Origin: Clostridiales bacterium
GTDB taxonomy: Bacteria > Bacillota > DSM-16504 > Desulfitibacterales > JAICDB01
Assembly (NCBI GenBank): GCA_020063565.1
Contig: JAICDB010000005.1
Location: 3,849-67,848, forward strand
Reading direction: 5' to 3'
DNA: 64,000 bases
Under the pieces are notes generated by a model. That model saw only the letters and a program-made list of their open reading frames with translations, did not search any database and was not told the DNA's origin. The position numbers were made by a program, and so were the translations under genes. The first letter of the stretch is position 1, and each line of letters starts with the position of its first letter. Positions 1 through 10,503 of the stretch are shown here, in pieces.

Positions 1-637
1 CCAACAAGGTGTATAGGAAAGAAAGTAAAGCATTCATATTATCCATCGGTGGTCTGCGACTTCGCTCTCTCATGAAAAACGATTCCTTTTGATATAATAT
101 CATCTCGTCAAATACCGAAAAGTAATATTTTGCCACCCTTCCCTCTATACCCCTTATTTCTTCCAGGGAAGAAGACTTGTTTAACCTAACAATATTTCTA
201 GCCAACTCTTTGCTTACCATTTCAATATCTTTATTACATTTTTCACCATGGTCACTCATAAAACGCCTTAAAACAACCCTACAATTAGCAATCTTACCAA
301 TAATAAAACGGGAAGCCAGTTTCGCGCATTCAGACGCTGAATCAGCTATTCTGTACTGTTTTCGCCTTAACAACACATTCCCCTTTACTGGCCCAGAAAC
401 TCTGGCCAGAAATTTTCCATGCCCGGTTAGAAAAGTTACCGACACACCTCTTTCTGCACATAAACCAAGCAGAGCCGGACTGGCCCCAATATAGCCAAAA
501 GTTACTATCCCCTCTAAGTAATGAATAGGTGTCCGAAAGATTTCCTTGTCTTGTACTTTGACAACAAGATTTTCCCCGTCTTTGGCCAAAAAAGCGTCCG
601 GGGTAGTTACATAAAGAACATTCAACATTTTTCTCAT
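1..637 (-). CDS. cas1: Type I-C CRISPR-associated endonuclease Cas1 (5' part; continues beyond the left edge)
   Basis: Not in the ORF track. Manual reverse translation from ATG at 637 gives MRKMLNVLYVTTPDAFLAKDGENLVV..., a typical Cas1c N-terminus; directly follows cas4. Confidence 0.92.
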   Translation of the reverse strand, partial: MRKMLNVLYVTTPDAFLAKDGENLVVKVQDKEIFRTPIHYLEGIVTFGYIGASPALLGLCAERGVSVTFLTGHGKFLARVSGPVKGNVLLRRKQYRIADSASECAKLASRFIIGKIANCRVVLRRFMSDHGEKCNKDIEMVSKELARNIVRLNKSSSLEEIRGIEGRVAKYYFSVFDEMILYQKESFFMRERSRRPPMDNMNALLSFLYTLL

Positions 638-641
638 AATA

Positions 642-1319
642 TTAATCTCCCGCTGTTTCTTCCTCCATTTCCATTATCAGCTTTTTTATATAACTGGTAG
701 CTTGATTTCTTTTCTTGCCAAGCACCGGCATGCACAAATGTGCCAGAGAACAATTCCTGCATTTCTTTCCTTTTACCGCTGCCGGAGTTATCCCTTTTTC
801 AAACAATTCATGCATTCTCTCAGATAACTGTACAACCTTTTCCCTTAGGTTTTTATTAAAATCAACCCTGTGCCTGTGCCTTGTCTCACCATAGAAGAAA
901 TAACCATACTCCAGTCTTATTCCCAGCATTTCCTCCAGACACATGGCCTGGGCACACAACTGTACTTCATCTCTGTCATCGGGTTTCGGTTTACCCCTTT
1001 TGTATTCAACTATTCGGATTTCGGGGGAATGATTTCTTTCTGATGTATGATGATACTCAATTAAGTCAGCCATTCCATAAAGACCCAACCGTCTGGATAC
1101 CAGCGGAACTGAACGTACAACCTTTACATTGTTCCTTATTTCGGTAAAATAGGGGTCATCTACCCTCTCATGCAAGTGTCTGCCTTCAACAGTCCTAACG
1201 TTTTCCGCCCATTGGTTTTCAATGTGGATAAGGGCCCACTGCCTTTCACAAAAGGCATAGTGCTGGATACCTGATAAAAGAAGTAAACCTTCATCATCAT
1301 AAGTCTTGGTATTCATCAT
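642..1319 (-). CDS. cas4: CRISPR-associated exonuclease Cas4
   Basis: [18 protein letters not shown], RecB-like [24 protein letters not shown]-terminal [10 protein letters not shown] Fe-S cysteines. Confidence 0.95.
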   Translation of the reverse strand: MMNTKTYDDEGLLLLSGIQHYAFCERQWALIHIENQWAENVRTVEGRHLHERVDDPYFTEIRNNVKVVRSVPLVSRRLGLYGMADLIEYHHTSERNHSPEIRIVEYKRGKPKPDDRDEVQLCAQAMCLEEMLGIRLEYGYFFYGETRHRHRVDFNKNLREKVVQLSERMHELFEKGITPAAVKGKKCRNCSLAHLCMPVLGKKRNQATSYIKKLIMEMEEETAGD

Positions 1320-2188
1320 TTTTCTATTATTCTAACTCCCGCAGGCAATGCTGATTTGTTAATACTAACCTCATAATCATCATATGAGCGGGCCGGATGG
1401 CCGGGGTCTTTCCTGGAAACTTTCACAAGATCAAATAATTTGTGAGCCGGGGCATTACCTAAAGCCGACCCATGCTCGAAAATAATCAGTTTGCGAGTAG
1501 CCATTTTACCCCTTGCAGCGGAACGGTCATGATCAAACATATTTATTAAGGCATCCCAAAGCAGTTCAATGTCATCTTTGGAAAAACCCGTTTTCTCCGC
1601 CAGGTGAGCAGATATATAGCCTTCCACCCTGTACAGTGCATAGGGAACGATATGTTTTCTTCCCATTTCTCTGTCTTTCTTTTCTGCGTCTTTTTCTGAA
1701 GTTACTGCCATTCTGGTAATGGTTACTTCCTGCTGGACAATGGGGTCTATGCTTCTGGCAAAATTAAGCTGGACAGGGCCGCGCACCTGACCGCAGTTGA
1801 CTTCAGTAGTCATAACTGCACCAAAAGCCCTGATGTCAAAGAAATGGTGACACATAAACAGAGTAAGCTCTTTGGCTTTCTGTGCATCTTTGGGCAATTT
1901 TTTATCTTTAGTATTTGGCTCAATTTTTAGAGCATTATAGGCTTTTCTGTGCTGGACATTCAAAACTGCACCTTCGCGTACATAAATGTCATATCCGTCA
2001 GCCCCGTTTTTGACAATATCAACATAATTCCTGATTTTACGCTTCAGGCACACATCTGTTACCAACCCCAGACCGGTCTCAGCATCAATCCGTGGCATGT
2101 TACCAGCATCCGGATCACCGTTAGGGTTGCCGTTCTCAACGTCAAACAAAAGTACAAATTCATACCTGTTTTTAATCACATCAGCCAT
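1316..2188 (-). CDS. cas7c: Type I-C Cascade backbone Cas7/Csd2
   Basis: [58 protein letters not shown]. Confidence 0.96.
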   Translation of the reverse strand: MADVIKNRYEFVLLFDVENGNPNGDPDAGNMPRIDAETGLGLVTDVCLKRKIRNYVDIVKNGADGYDIYVREGAVLNVQHRKAYNALKIEPNTKDKKLPKDAQKAKELTLFMCHHFFDIRAFGAVMTTEVNCGQVRGPVQLNFARSIDPIVQQEVTITRMAVTSEKDAEKKDREMGRKHIVPYALYRVEGYISAHLAEKTGFSKDDIELLWDALINMFDHDRSAARGKMATRKLIIFEHGSALGNAPAHKLFDLVKVSRKDPGHPARSYDDYEVSINKSALPAGVRIIEK

Positions 2189-2203
2189 AAATCATCCCTC
2201 TTT

Positions 2204-3985
2204 CTATTTATTTTTTGCAATCAGCGCCTGGCGCTGGTGATAGTAGCCAAGGACAAACAGTCCCTGTTCCTCCAAGTTTAAATGTGCAGGAAAACTGTCA
2301 ATCCCGCCCAATACTTCCTCAATACGCTTGTCCGTGGTACGCCCATTCTCGGCTTTTGCAATATGGTGTTGAGTTAACCTGAGTAGAATAGGAAAAACCG
2401 TACCGGGAGAAGCGGAAGCCGCACCAAAATACCTGTCTTTTATAGTGGCATTCAAACCAGGATTCGCTTCCTCCTGCGCCTTTTCCAGAAGGGCAAACAA
2501 TCGCCCCAACCTGTAGCCCACATTTGTGTTTTGCTCATTTAATGCCATTGTGATATCCACCTCATTTCCTTTGTTATAGTAACGCCGGTTTCTTGCTAGG
2601 CAGGCTTTAATGATGGCCGCCCGGACATAATTCACCTTCTGGTCTGCCCTGATTCTGGAAAGAATTGAATTGTACAGCACCTGAGGATAAGGCATACCTG
2701 TAAGAATCGAACGCATCAGGACACCGCCCAAAAGCGGCGGAATTCTTTTTGCATCGCCCGCCGGCGCCGTTTCTCTTAAAATCATTCCTATTGATATGAA
2801 ATCCGGTTCATTTTCAAAACTTTTGACAATTGCCAGGTCAATGTAGTGTTGGCCAATTTTATCTAGAAACTTTCCATATTGGTCAACATGCCAGAACCTG
2901 ACGGAAAGACGGCTGGCATTGGGTGCCAACCCAAGAATATAAAAGTTTACATTCCGATCAACACCTGTCAATCCATCACTGACCGGTTCCCCTGCACGGA
3001 CCTTGGTGAAAATATCATGTAATAACTGTACGGTCTGCGGATCTCTTGTGACTTGTCTTTGCTCGTTCCCTTCCTTTTTACTGCCTTCTCTTACAGGAAA
3101 AAACAAAGCTCCCAGCAGGTCCTCCTCCAAACCATCCGTAGAACGCTCGGCCCAAAATACAGTGGTTGTATCTCCTATCGGTATTCTGTGTTTTTCATTT
3201 CTCAACAAATAATTAAGAGCTGTTGTATAGCCAAATGCCACATTTTCGCTGACCGGTGCATTATAGCTCTGGGTTTTTCCGTAAGACTTAAAAGCTTCAA
3301 GATTAAAGGAAACCAGTGAGGCTCCACTTGTCTGGGCGCCTGTTACACCTTTGATGTTCTGGTGTAACCGAGCTATAAATGCATTATTTCCGGTAACCAA
3401 GCATTGACCGGTAACCCCGGATTCCTGACTTGAACGGTAATTCTTCCAGGCTTTTTTTACCGCTGGCCGTTCATGAATATACCCCTCTGTACCTTCCAGT
3501 TTAAATACCAAGTTGCCCCCTTCCGACAGTTCTTCAATAACTTCCGATATTTGGGGTTGTTTACCCGCCTTTGTTATATCCCAATTTCGTAAAAAGTTTA
3601 AGATAGCGGTTGCCCCTTTGTCATTAACTCCACCGAGGATCTCCTCGTGAAGTTTCACAAAAGCTTCAAATTTTGCTTTAATCCTCTCTTCATCGTCATT
3701 TTTGTTTTTTTGTTTTATTCCAAAGACATAAGTACAGTTATCGCACAGAAAATTAGCTTTCACACCAGTACCGGGACGTATAACCTGTTCAGGAACATCC
3801 AAGTTCCGAAGAATCTTTTTATTTCCCTTATCATTCCTCAAATCTATGGTACTAAGTAACTCTCCATCTGTAGAAAGAACTACTGCATAAGAAACCTTTG
3901 CCTTACTGTATCCCGGCCTGCTTACTCCCGAATCCTCGTCCTCAAGCAGTCTTTCATAATACTGATACAATGCATTAATGATCAC
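2204..3985 (-). CDS. cas8c: Type I-C Cascade large subunit Cas8c/Csd1
   Basis: ANFLCDN, GQCLVTG, LVSFN..AF.SYGK.Q..NAPVS, LAPNASRLSVRF, YRLGRLFALLEKAQ, F.LGYYHQ. Confidence 0.95.
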   Translation of the reverse strand: MIINALYQYYERLLEDEDSGVSRPGYSKAKVSYAVVLSTDGELLSTIDLRNDKGNKKILRNLDVPEQVIRPGTGVKANFLCDNCTYVFGIKQKNKNDDEERIKAKFEAFVKLHEEILGGVNDKGATAILNFLRNWDITKAGKQPQISEVIEELSEGGNLVFKLEGTEGYIHERPAVKKAWKNYRSSQESGVTGQCLVTGNNAFIARLHQNIKGVTGAQTSGASLVSFNLEAFKSYGKTQSYNAPVSENVAFGYTTALNYLLRNEKHRIPIGDTTTVFWAERSTDGLEEDLLGALFFPVREGSKKEGNEQRQVTRDPQTVQLLHDIFTKVRAGEPVSDGLTGVDRNVNFYILGLAPNASRLSVRFWHVDQYGKFLDKIGQHYIDLAIVKSFENEPDFISIGMILRETAPAGDAKRIPPLLGGVLMRSILTGMPYPQVLYNSILSRIRADQKVNYVRAAIIKACLARNRRYYNKGNEVDITMALNEQNTNVGYRLGRLFALLEKAQEEANPGLNATIKDRYFGAASASPGTVFPILLRLTQHHIAKAENGRTTDKRIEEVLGGIDSFPAHLNLEEQGLFVLGYYHQRQALIAKNK

Positions 3986-4647
3986 GTATTTATCCCCCCT
4001 CCCTCCATCCGGGGTATTTCTATTATTCCTTCTTTCATTACTGCCCTGAAAAATCTTGGTGTCATGTTGTCGTTATAATCAATGTCCAACAGCATCCAAC
4101 CCAAGTCTTTTTCATCCTTGTGCACTGAATGTGGTAGTGGTTCATCGTCCTCTACCAGGCGGAACCTAGCGGGAAATTCCCTGCATCCCAAATAGGGCTG
4201 GTGGTAGCACTGTCCCTGTCTGGCACGCCGCAAGGCAATGTTGTAGTGTTTCTCCGGCGTGTCCTCGGGACCGGCCTTGTTAGTTATCTCAAAATGCGCT
4301 TCTATTATGTAAGCCACATCCCTTAACAAAAGCGTGGCACGCTGCTGTCTGTCATCTGCTGCATATTGGCAGAGTTCAACAGGTTTCCCTTTCATGGCTT
4401 GTTTCACTTTCCCCGCCGGTATTTTGCTCCCTACTTCATTGCGGCGCAAATTATCAAAACGTATTTCATTAAGTACGTGTATCCTGTCCACTACCCACCG
4501 GATTGCAGGTTTCCAATGAATAGCCTCCAGGATTCCCCGAGCGGCAGATGGAGTTATGACATCATAACTCACCCTCTCCACCTTCATTTCCGGTCTGGTA
4601 AAGCAAGCATAATCCCCCCAGACCAGCAGGCGAATACCATAACCCAT
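3982..4647 (-). CDS. cas5c: Type I-C Cas5 (Cas5d, pre-crRNA processing)
   Basis: VWGDYACFTRPEMKVERVSYDVITPSAARGILEAIHWKP, QPYLGCREF. Confidence 0.96.
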   Translation of the reverse strand: MGYGIRLLVWGDYACFTRPEMKVERVSYDVITPSAARGILEAIHWKPAIRWVVDRIHVLNEIRFDNLRRNEVGSKIPAGKVKQAMKGKPVELCQYAADDRQQRATLLLRDVAYIIEAHFEITNKAGPEDTPEKHYNIALRRARQGQCYHQPYLGCREFPARFRLVEDDEPLPHSVHKDEKDLGWMLLDIDYNDNMTPRFFRAVMKEGIIEIPRMEGGGINT

Positions 4648-4690
4648 ATCTATTTTCCCTCCTTTTTTAAATGATTAATGTATCATGGAG

Positions 4691-6868
4691 CTACATGCTA
4701 TCAGTACACGGCAGCAGCCCCATTTCCAAGCTATAGTGTGCTCTATAGACATCCTCACGCAGGACATAAAACCTGCCTGCAATCTCTTCAAGGATTCCGA
4801 ACCGGATCATTTCCTTAAACTCTTGTTCATACACTTGCACTGAATATCTTTGCAGTTTCCTGGCATATGTGCCTGGAAACTGGCTCCACCTGGCTTCCTC
4901 CAACAATTTCCTGCACTCGTAGTCCAATGGAATCACTACTGCAGTTGTATTTTCGTCAATAAGTTTGAACTTGTCAGCAATCCTGCGAAAAGGAAATCTC
5001 AGTAATTTCTCCTGTTCTTTTATTTCCGCCATTATTCTTTCCTTATCCAATTCCTCGCCCTCGATGTCATAGAGCATTGAAAAATAATCCTTGACTGCAT
5101 CCAGGCTGAGAGGGTCTGGGTACCGCCTGAGTATGCCGTCCCCAATTACCGCCGTCCTGCTGAGCCAGCCCGCAGGCAGCCCGTGCTTCTCCGGCCTGAA
5201 GACATACACTTCGCCTTTTTCTCTCAGACCTTCCCGGTTACACCTGCCGGCCGACTGGGCAATGGAGTCAATACCTGCGGAGCTGCGGTAAACAACGGGG
5301 AAATCCACGTCAACACCGGCCTCAATCAACTGGGTGGAGACCACCCTGCAGTTCTCTCCTTTTTTCAGGCGTTCCCTTATGGTTTGTAAGACTTGAGACC
5401 TGTGGGCAGGACACATACGGGTGCTCAAATGAAATGCTCCCTCATACTGAATTTTTTCAAAGATGATTCGAGCATGTTTTTTAGAATTTACTATGCAAAG
5501 CACCTGGTTATGGGATAACAGTTTCTCTGCCAGCGAATCATCCGACAGTTCTCCCATGTGGTCTACACTAACCCTTTGGAAAGTCCTATACAATCCCTCA
5601 GGATCGTCGATTATCTCCAAGGGCTTTATCTCCGGCGGCAAGAACTTGTTTATAGCGGGCTGGGTAGCCGTGCACAGGACTACTGTTGTGTTGTAGTTGG
5701 CAATCAATTCAGCCAGAGCATTGATGCACGGTCTCAAAAATCCTGTGGGAATCATTTGAGCTTCATCAATTATTATTACGCTGTTTGCTATGTTGTGTAG
5801 CTTTCGGCACCGGGAACTTCTTGCTGCAAATAATGACTCAAAAAACTGGACATTTGTCGTAGCCACAATGGACATATCCCAGTTCTCGGAAGCCATTTTC
5901 AATTTTTCCGTAACCCTGGTATGGTACTCTGATTCTGTTTCCCTTGAATCGTCTTCAGGATATGTGAAATTGCTGTGATGCTCCAGCACCTTTTCTTCGC
6001 CAAATATTGTCCTGAAAACCGCTGCATTCTGTTCAATTATGCTGGTATATGGGATTACATATATAATCCTGTCCATACCGTGAGTGACCGCATGTTTGAG
6101 GGCAAAAGCAATTGAGGAGAGAGTCTTCCCTCCCCCTGTCGGTACCGTCAGGGTAAAAAGCCCCGGGCGGGAAACCGCCTTTTCCCTGCAACTAGCCAGA
6201 ATCTCTGCCCTGCGCTTATTAACCAGCGTATCAGGTGCGCTACAACACTTATTCTCCAAAAAAATATCCAAAACAGATAACATCTCAGCCAATGAAGCCC
6301 TGTTGTCACGCAAAGATGCTTTTTCAAGATTCAGCGCCCGTTCAGTGTCTAGGAAATCTGCGTCTACCAGGGCTGAATAAAGGAATCTTATTAAAAATTG
6401 CATACTAAAGCCGGCACCCACAAAAGCCTTTTTCGCTGGTACAACGATTTCTTCGGGTTTAGGTAAGCCAATCTCACTTTTATATGCGCTGTAATCGGGC
6501 AACGATTCTTTGTTCAACCGGCCTTCCAGCGAAGACTCATCAGCTTTGCTTCCCCAATCGGGAAGCCCGCAATGGTGCCCGGCAATCACATAAGCCAGTA
6601 TTTTACCAAAAACCTTATGGTACTCGTATGCCTCTACTGCTCCCGCTGTAGAATGATCAACCTTATTTTTATCCCCTTCTAACCGTCTTTGAAATTCAGG
6701 TGAGTATTTTCCGATATCGTGTAGAAGGCCAGCCAGGTAGCCCAGTTTCTCCGCCCCAAAACTCCCGGCGAAACCGGCAGCCAGTTTTGCCGTGTCCTCC
6801 AAATGGTGTTTTAGCAAGTGCCACTCACTTTTGTTTTTTTCGCTATCAGAATGCGCGTAATATTTCAT
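4691..6868 (-). CDS. cas3: CRISPR-associated HD nuclease/helicase Cas3
   Basis: YYAHS, LLHDIGK, HSTAGA, LVDAD (HD domain); PTGGGKT, DEAQ, TAT, QSAGRCNREG (SF2 helicase). Confidence 0.96.
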   Translation of the reverse strand: MKYYAHSDSEKNKSEWHLLKHHLEDTAKLAAGFAGSFGAEKLGYLAGLLHDIGKYSPEFQRRLEGDKNKVDHSTAGAVEAYEYHKVFGKILAYVIAGHHCGLPDWGSKADESSLEGRLNKESLPDYSAYKSEIGLPKPEEIVVPAKKAFVGAGFSMQFLIRFLYSALVDADFLDTERALNLEKASLRDNRASLAEMLSVLDIFLENKCCSAPDTLVNKRRAEILASCREKAVSRPGLFTLTVPTGGGKTLSSIAFALKHAVTHGMDRIIYVIPYTSIIEQNAAVFRTIFGEEKVLEHHSNFTYPEDDSRETESEYHTRVTEKLKMASENWDMSIVATTNVQFFESLFAARSSRCRKLHNIANSVIIIDEAQMIPTGFLRPCINALAELIANYNTTVVLCTATQPAINKFLPPEIKPLEIIDDPEGLYRTFQRVSVDHMGELSDDSLAEKLLSHNQVLCIVNSKKHARIIFEKIQYEGAFHLSTRMCPAHRSQVLQTIRERLKKGENCRVVSTQLIEAGVDVDFPVVYRSSAGIDSIAQSAGRCNREGLREKGEVYVFRPEKHGLPAGWLSRTAVIGDGILRRYPDPLSLDAVKDYFSMLYDIEGEELDKERIMAEIKEQEKLLRFPFRRIADKFKLIDENTTAVVIPLDYECRKLLEEARWSQFPGTYARKLQRYSVQVYEQEFKEMIRFGILEEIAGRFYVLREDVYRAHYSLEMGLLPCTDSM

Positions 6869-6942
6869 AGTATCCCCCTTTCAACACCAGAGCAGTTAAA
6901 TTATGTTATTCAGCCTTGTCATCTGCTGTAAAAAGTGTTAAT

Positions 6943-7375
6943 TAGGGATTACTGAATAACCCTGATTTTAAATGAAATTAACAAAAAGCCACAGCTTCAA
7001 TTTCCGAAAATAGCTCCTTGAGAATTTGATAAAAAAGAATACGCAGGCACGCCATAATACGGCCAAGGCTGTAGAATCTTTTGCCTTCGCCGAATTTACC
7101 TTCTACCACATTGCGATCTTTTGCGTCCTGTTTCTCCATTTGTCACTCGACATATTGTTCAGTATTGGATGGACGTCCCAGCCTTGGGCCACTCAACCGG
7201 ATTCCAAGTTCCTTACAATAACGGAGGTTGGTGTTGATTGCATATCCTTCTTGTCCGAGATAGGCAAAAATAAGGGGATAACCGACGTAGCCCTTGTAAG
7301 TTTAAGATACACCTTCTTTTTTGGTTTTGGAATTATCAAAAGGTGATACATCAATATCGAGGGCAATAAAAATTC
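6943..7375 (-). mobile_element. Degenerate transposase remnant: IS1380-like piece fused to an IS5-like piece and its end
   Basis: Reverse translation: LDIDVSPFDNSKTKKEGVS*TYKGYVGYPLIFAYLGQEGYAIN (IS1380-like) runs into NLRYCKELGIRLSGPRLGRP...RNVVEGKFGEGKRFYSLGRIMA (IS5-like), with internal stops; candidate end TAGGGATTACTGAATAACCC at 6943. Confidence 0.7.
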
Positions 7376-7408
7376 TGCTTTATTGACAACTGCAGCAATA
7401 TTTTAGTT

Positions 7409-7798
7409 TTACCAGTTATCGGGCATAAAAGATAGATACTCTTTAAATTCCTCTGCATATTTGCTCTTCAGCTTTTCTAATATTTCAAATACTACAGGGC
7501 AGATAGAAGCATTTTCAATCATGATAATTAACCTTGATGTAAACTCCGGCTTGTTTGTATGGGGATATTCCCTACAGGCCCTGGGCCTAACTTCATAAAT
7601 AGAGCAGCCGTTTGCTGTCAAAAATTTGCACGGCCTGGAATCTAATACCCATCTGCCGCTTTTATTTTTCGTTAGGTATTTATTTATGAACTCTTTGTCA
7701 CTTACACCCAAGTACTTTGAAATTCTTTTTATATCTTCATTTTCAAGGCCCGTGCTTGTATTTTTACAGCAGTTGGAGCAAGCAACACAGTCAATTTG
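7409..7798 (-). pseudogene. YkgJ-family cysteine-cluster (CxxCxxCC) protein, 5'-truncated
   Basis: Frame extends upstream of the listed ORF: IDCVACSNCCK...RPCKFL...CSIYEVRPRACREYP; an in-frame stop precedes it and no start codon is seen. Confidence 0.7.
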
Positions 7799-8029
7799 TT
7801 ATTGTTGTACACACCTCTTCCATTTTACTGCTTACTTACAATAAATAAATCCTTCCTGCTCATTACCATATACAGCAGATTCAGGCAAGGCCAATACCAA
7901 TGAAATAGAACTTGTTACACTTCCTCCCACGATATATTTGTTTGATTTTTCAACTTTTTCCCAAATTTCCTACCTGTCATCTTCAAAAAACCACTCTTTC
8001 AATAGTTTTTATAACTGCTCCATTACCAT

Positions 8030-8640
8030 ATTCACTGCGTGAACAAATCCGAAAACGCTTGGAAGAAAAATTAAAGGAACTGGGAAACCTCAAAGGCAAA
8101 CACCATAACAAAGCTGGCTGCAGGCTGGTGCCCATCCCACCTACGGACGCTACCTTAAGACCTTAAAAAAACGGCGAGGGGCCACGTGTACCGGGCATTA
8201 CAAAAGGCTTCTCGCCTTTTCATTTTCTTCAAGAGCTAATGCCACAGGTCCGTGAGCATTACTTGCTGCAGCGTAATTAACATTTACGGTTGCTTTCTAC
8301 CTTGACTTTTTTAATCGTCTCCTGATTTCCTTTGCAATATGGTTGGAGTTTCACCTTTAGAGGTTCCGGGTGTTTGTTGCCATTGAACACAGACCCGAAA
8401 GATTACTCCAACAAATTTTTGCCGAGTGTTGTGTACGACCCTCCGCTAAAGAAGGTGTCCTGGGCGATAGCAACAAGCTTGATATATCAGGTAATGGTAC
8501 CTGCATCAAATCCGGCGGCAGCCCTTATGGTATAAAAGTCTGTGACTGTATAAAAAAGGTATATACAATTGTAAATGTCACCGCAGATTTTCTGACCTCG
8601 AGGCCAGACATGGCTGGAATGCAGGTAATTTTAAATATCC
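8030..8640 (+). pseudogene. Fragmented transposase-like remnant
   Basis: Broken frames including RPERLLQQIFAECCVRPSAKEGVLGD..LDISGNGTCIKSGGSPYGIKVCDC resemble clostridial DDE transposases; frameshifted. Confidence 0.5.
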
Positions 8641-8711
8641 ACCATACTATGCCTTTTTTAAAGTATATTTCCTAAAAATTCTTGAAATTAATTTCCGAAA
8701 TCACTCATTAC

Positions 8712-9089
8712 TTAAGCTTTTTTCCTTAAATCATCAAGATAAGATTCTTGTTCAATAGATCTTAAAGCCAACTTCTCAAGAATTTTTTCTTGTCTAGCAA
8801 GTCTATCAATAGTAGTAGTTCTAAATTCCATCAGGCCCGCTGTTTGTTCAAAAATATTGTCTACCTTCCGTCGCAACTCTTTCACGTCTGCTTTTAGTTC
8901 TTTCTGCCCTTCTTCTAGTTTAGTTTGCCTTTCTTCCATGGTTTTAAGTCTAGTATCCATATTGGCTTGTCCTTGTTCTAATTGGGCTTGTCCTTTTTCT
9001 AACTGGGTTTGTCCTTTTTCTAGGTTTTCAAGCCTGTTATCCATGTTTTCTAGCTTTTGAAGAATTTGTTGAAGTAATTTCTCAGTCAT
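8712..9089 (-). CDS. Coiled-coil hypothetical protein with heptad repeats
   Basis: Good RBS (AAGGGGAAG); LEKGQTQ-LEKGQAQ-LEQGQAN heptads. Confidence 0.75.
   Translation of the reverse strand: MTEKLLQQILQKLENMDNRLENLEKGQTQLEKGQAQLEQGQANMDTRLKTMEERQTKLEEGQKELKADVKELRRKVDNIFEQTAGLMEFRTTTIDRLARQEKILEKLALRSIEQESYLDDLRKKA
8967..9029. repeat. Three imperfect 21-bp tandem repeats encoding heptads
   Basis: ttgtccttgttctaattgggc / ttgtcctttttctaactgggt / ttgtcctttttctaggttttc. Confidence 0.85.
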
Positions 9090-9239
9090 TTTTCGCTTCC
9101 CCCTTCAATGTCAATTATATCAAAACAAAAGAACTGATGCAGGATTTTTTTAGTAACTTCACAGCCTCGTCTTAACCGCTCTGACCACCTAAAATTAGAG
9201 AATAGCCATTTAAATCTTATACTTTCTTTATATTGCTCA

Positions 9240-9299
9240 TTATTTCATACTTACCCAACCCTTGGGCAACGGATAAGGTTCTTCAATTGGTTCAGTATT
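9240..9299 (-). pseudogene. Short fragment resembling a type I R-M specificity subunit (HsdS)
   Basis: Translates NTEPIEEPYPLPKGWVSMK*; EEPYxLPxGW is the recurring HsdS motif. Only ~19 codons. Confidence 0.45.
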
Positions 9300-9431
9300 T
9301 TTTTTAGTTTAGGTGGGAATTTCTTTATTGGAGGATTTAAATTGATGCTAACATTTATAGCATTGATTAACTCTAATACTGTTTTTTTAAATTCATAAAC
9401 AAGGGAAATAATACACTCTGAACAAGTAAAA

Positions 9432-9503
9432 TTATACATACGTATCTAATACCAGGTTAAAATATGGATTGATAGAATCATTTTTTATATACAGCATTTT
9501 CAT
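9432..9503 (-). pseudogene. N-terminal fragment of lipoate-protein ligase
   Basis: MKMLYIKNDSINPYFNLVLDTYV* matches the LplA start (S.DPYFNLA.EEY); overlaps the pcrB end as an operon partner would. Confidence 0.6.
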
Positions 9504-10215
9504 CCCACCTATCTTGTATTTTTTTACCCAGCGCCTCTGTAATATCTAAAAGATTTTTCGGACTTCGATACATCAAATTTCCAATAACTATTGTATCTAC
9601 ATATTCCAGAATTTCTTGAGCTTGTTTAATTGTCTCTATACCTCCACCATAAATAATGTGAATATTATCTCTTTTGGCCGCCACTTCAGATATTAAATTC
9701 AAATCACCATATATTCCGCTGTATTCTATGTAAAATATTGAAAAATTAAATATTTTTTCTGCGAGTATTAAATAAGAAATAGCTTCTTCTAAATCAAGGA
9801 ACCTGGATTTAGTTTTGTGAGCCACAGCAGCATCAGGATTACAAACCAGATATCCTACCGGTGTTACTTTGGTCCAGGGTATCAGTTGTCCATAAGTTGT
9901 GATAGCTTTTAAATGCGCATCCCTCAACCATAATAATTCACCAGCATTTAAAACTACCGGGATCAGGTAGCCTGTAACTTCCGTCAATATAACCTCCTTC
10001 TCTGATATTTCATGAAAAATTGGCCCCCTGTAACCGCAGTGCAAGATTTCTTCTAATAAATTCAAGGAATTTTCCATGGTAATATTTTGGGTGCCACCTA
10101 TAATAATTGCATCAATTTCTGCGATTTTAAGAACTTGTAGTGCTTCGCGGGACAATTTTTTATCAGGGTCCAATTTAACAACAATTCTAAACTGTTTCCA
10201 ATTATCTACCACCAT
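9478..10215 (-). CDS. pcrB: Heptaprenylglyceryl phosphate synthase (PcrB family)
   Basis: KLDPDK, IIIGGT, GYLIPVVLN, GYLVCNPDA.VA, YIEYSG, YGGGI, DTIVIGN. Confidence 0.88.
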   Translation of the reverse strand: MVVDNWKQFRIVVKLDPDKKLSREALQVLKIAEIDAIIIGGTQNITMENSLNLLEEILHCGYRGPIFHEISEKEVILTEVTGYLIPVVLNAGELLWLRDAHLKAITTYGQLIPWTKVTPVGYLVCNPDAAVAHKTKSRFLDLEEAISYLILAEKIFNFSIFYIEYSGIYGDLNLISEVAAKRDNIHIIYGGGIETIKQAQEILEYVDTIVIGNLMYRSPKNLLDITEALGKKIQDRWDENAVYKK

Positions 10216-10333
10216 TAACCTCTCCCCTTCTTATCTTTCTTGATTAATTCTACATCTGCTGTAAGTTACCTCCAGTAAGTTCGACAAAAAAAATCACCCC
10301 CAGAAAATTTACTTACCTTTTGGGGGCAAATTT

Positions 10334-10460
10334 TTACTGTAATACCTTTTCTAATTCAGAAATACTATTAATAGGCTTCCGGCAGGCAAAATTCTCACAA
10401 ATATATACTATCGCTTTATTATCTAACATTTTACCGCTGAAAAAGGCATTAAAATTCAAG
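10334..10460 (-). pseudogene. C-terminal fragment of a YyaL/SSP411-like thioredoxin-domain protein
   Basis: KAIVYICENFACRKPINSISELEKVLQ* resembles the YyaL C-terminus; followed by a terminator-like hairpin near 10285-10328. Confidence 0.55.
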
Positions 10461-10503
10461 AAATTGCTCCCTATACAAGAGTGTTCATTGCTAGGTGCTT
10501 AAC

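Noticed and set aside
1-7400. CRISPR array near the cas genes
   Set aside because: No regularly spaced 30-37 bp repeats seen anywhere in the window; an array would be expected beyond cas1/cas2, off the left edge.
9160-9192. tRNA-like string (minus strand GGTGGTCAGAGCGGTTAAGACG)
   Set aside because: Resembles a D-arm only; no acceptor stem, T-arm GTTCRA or CCA found.
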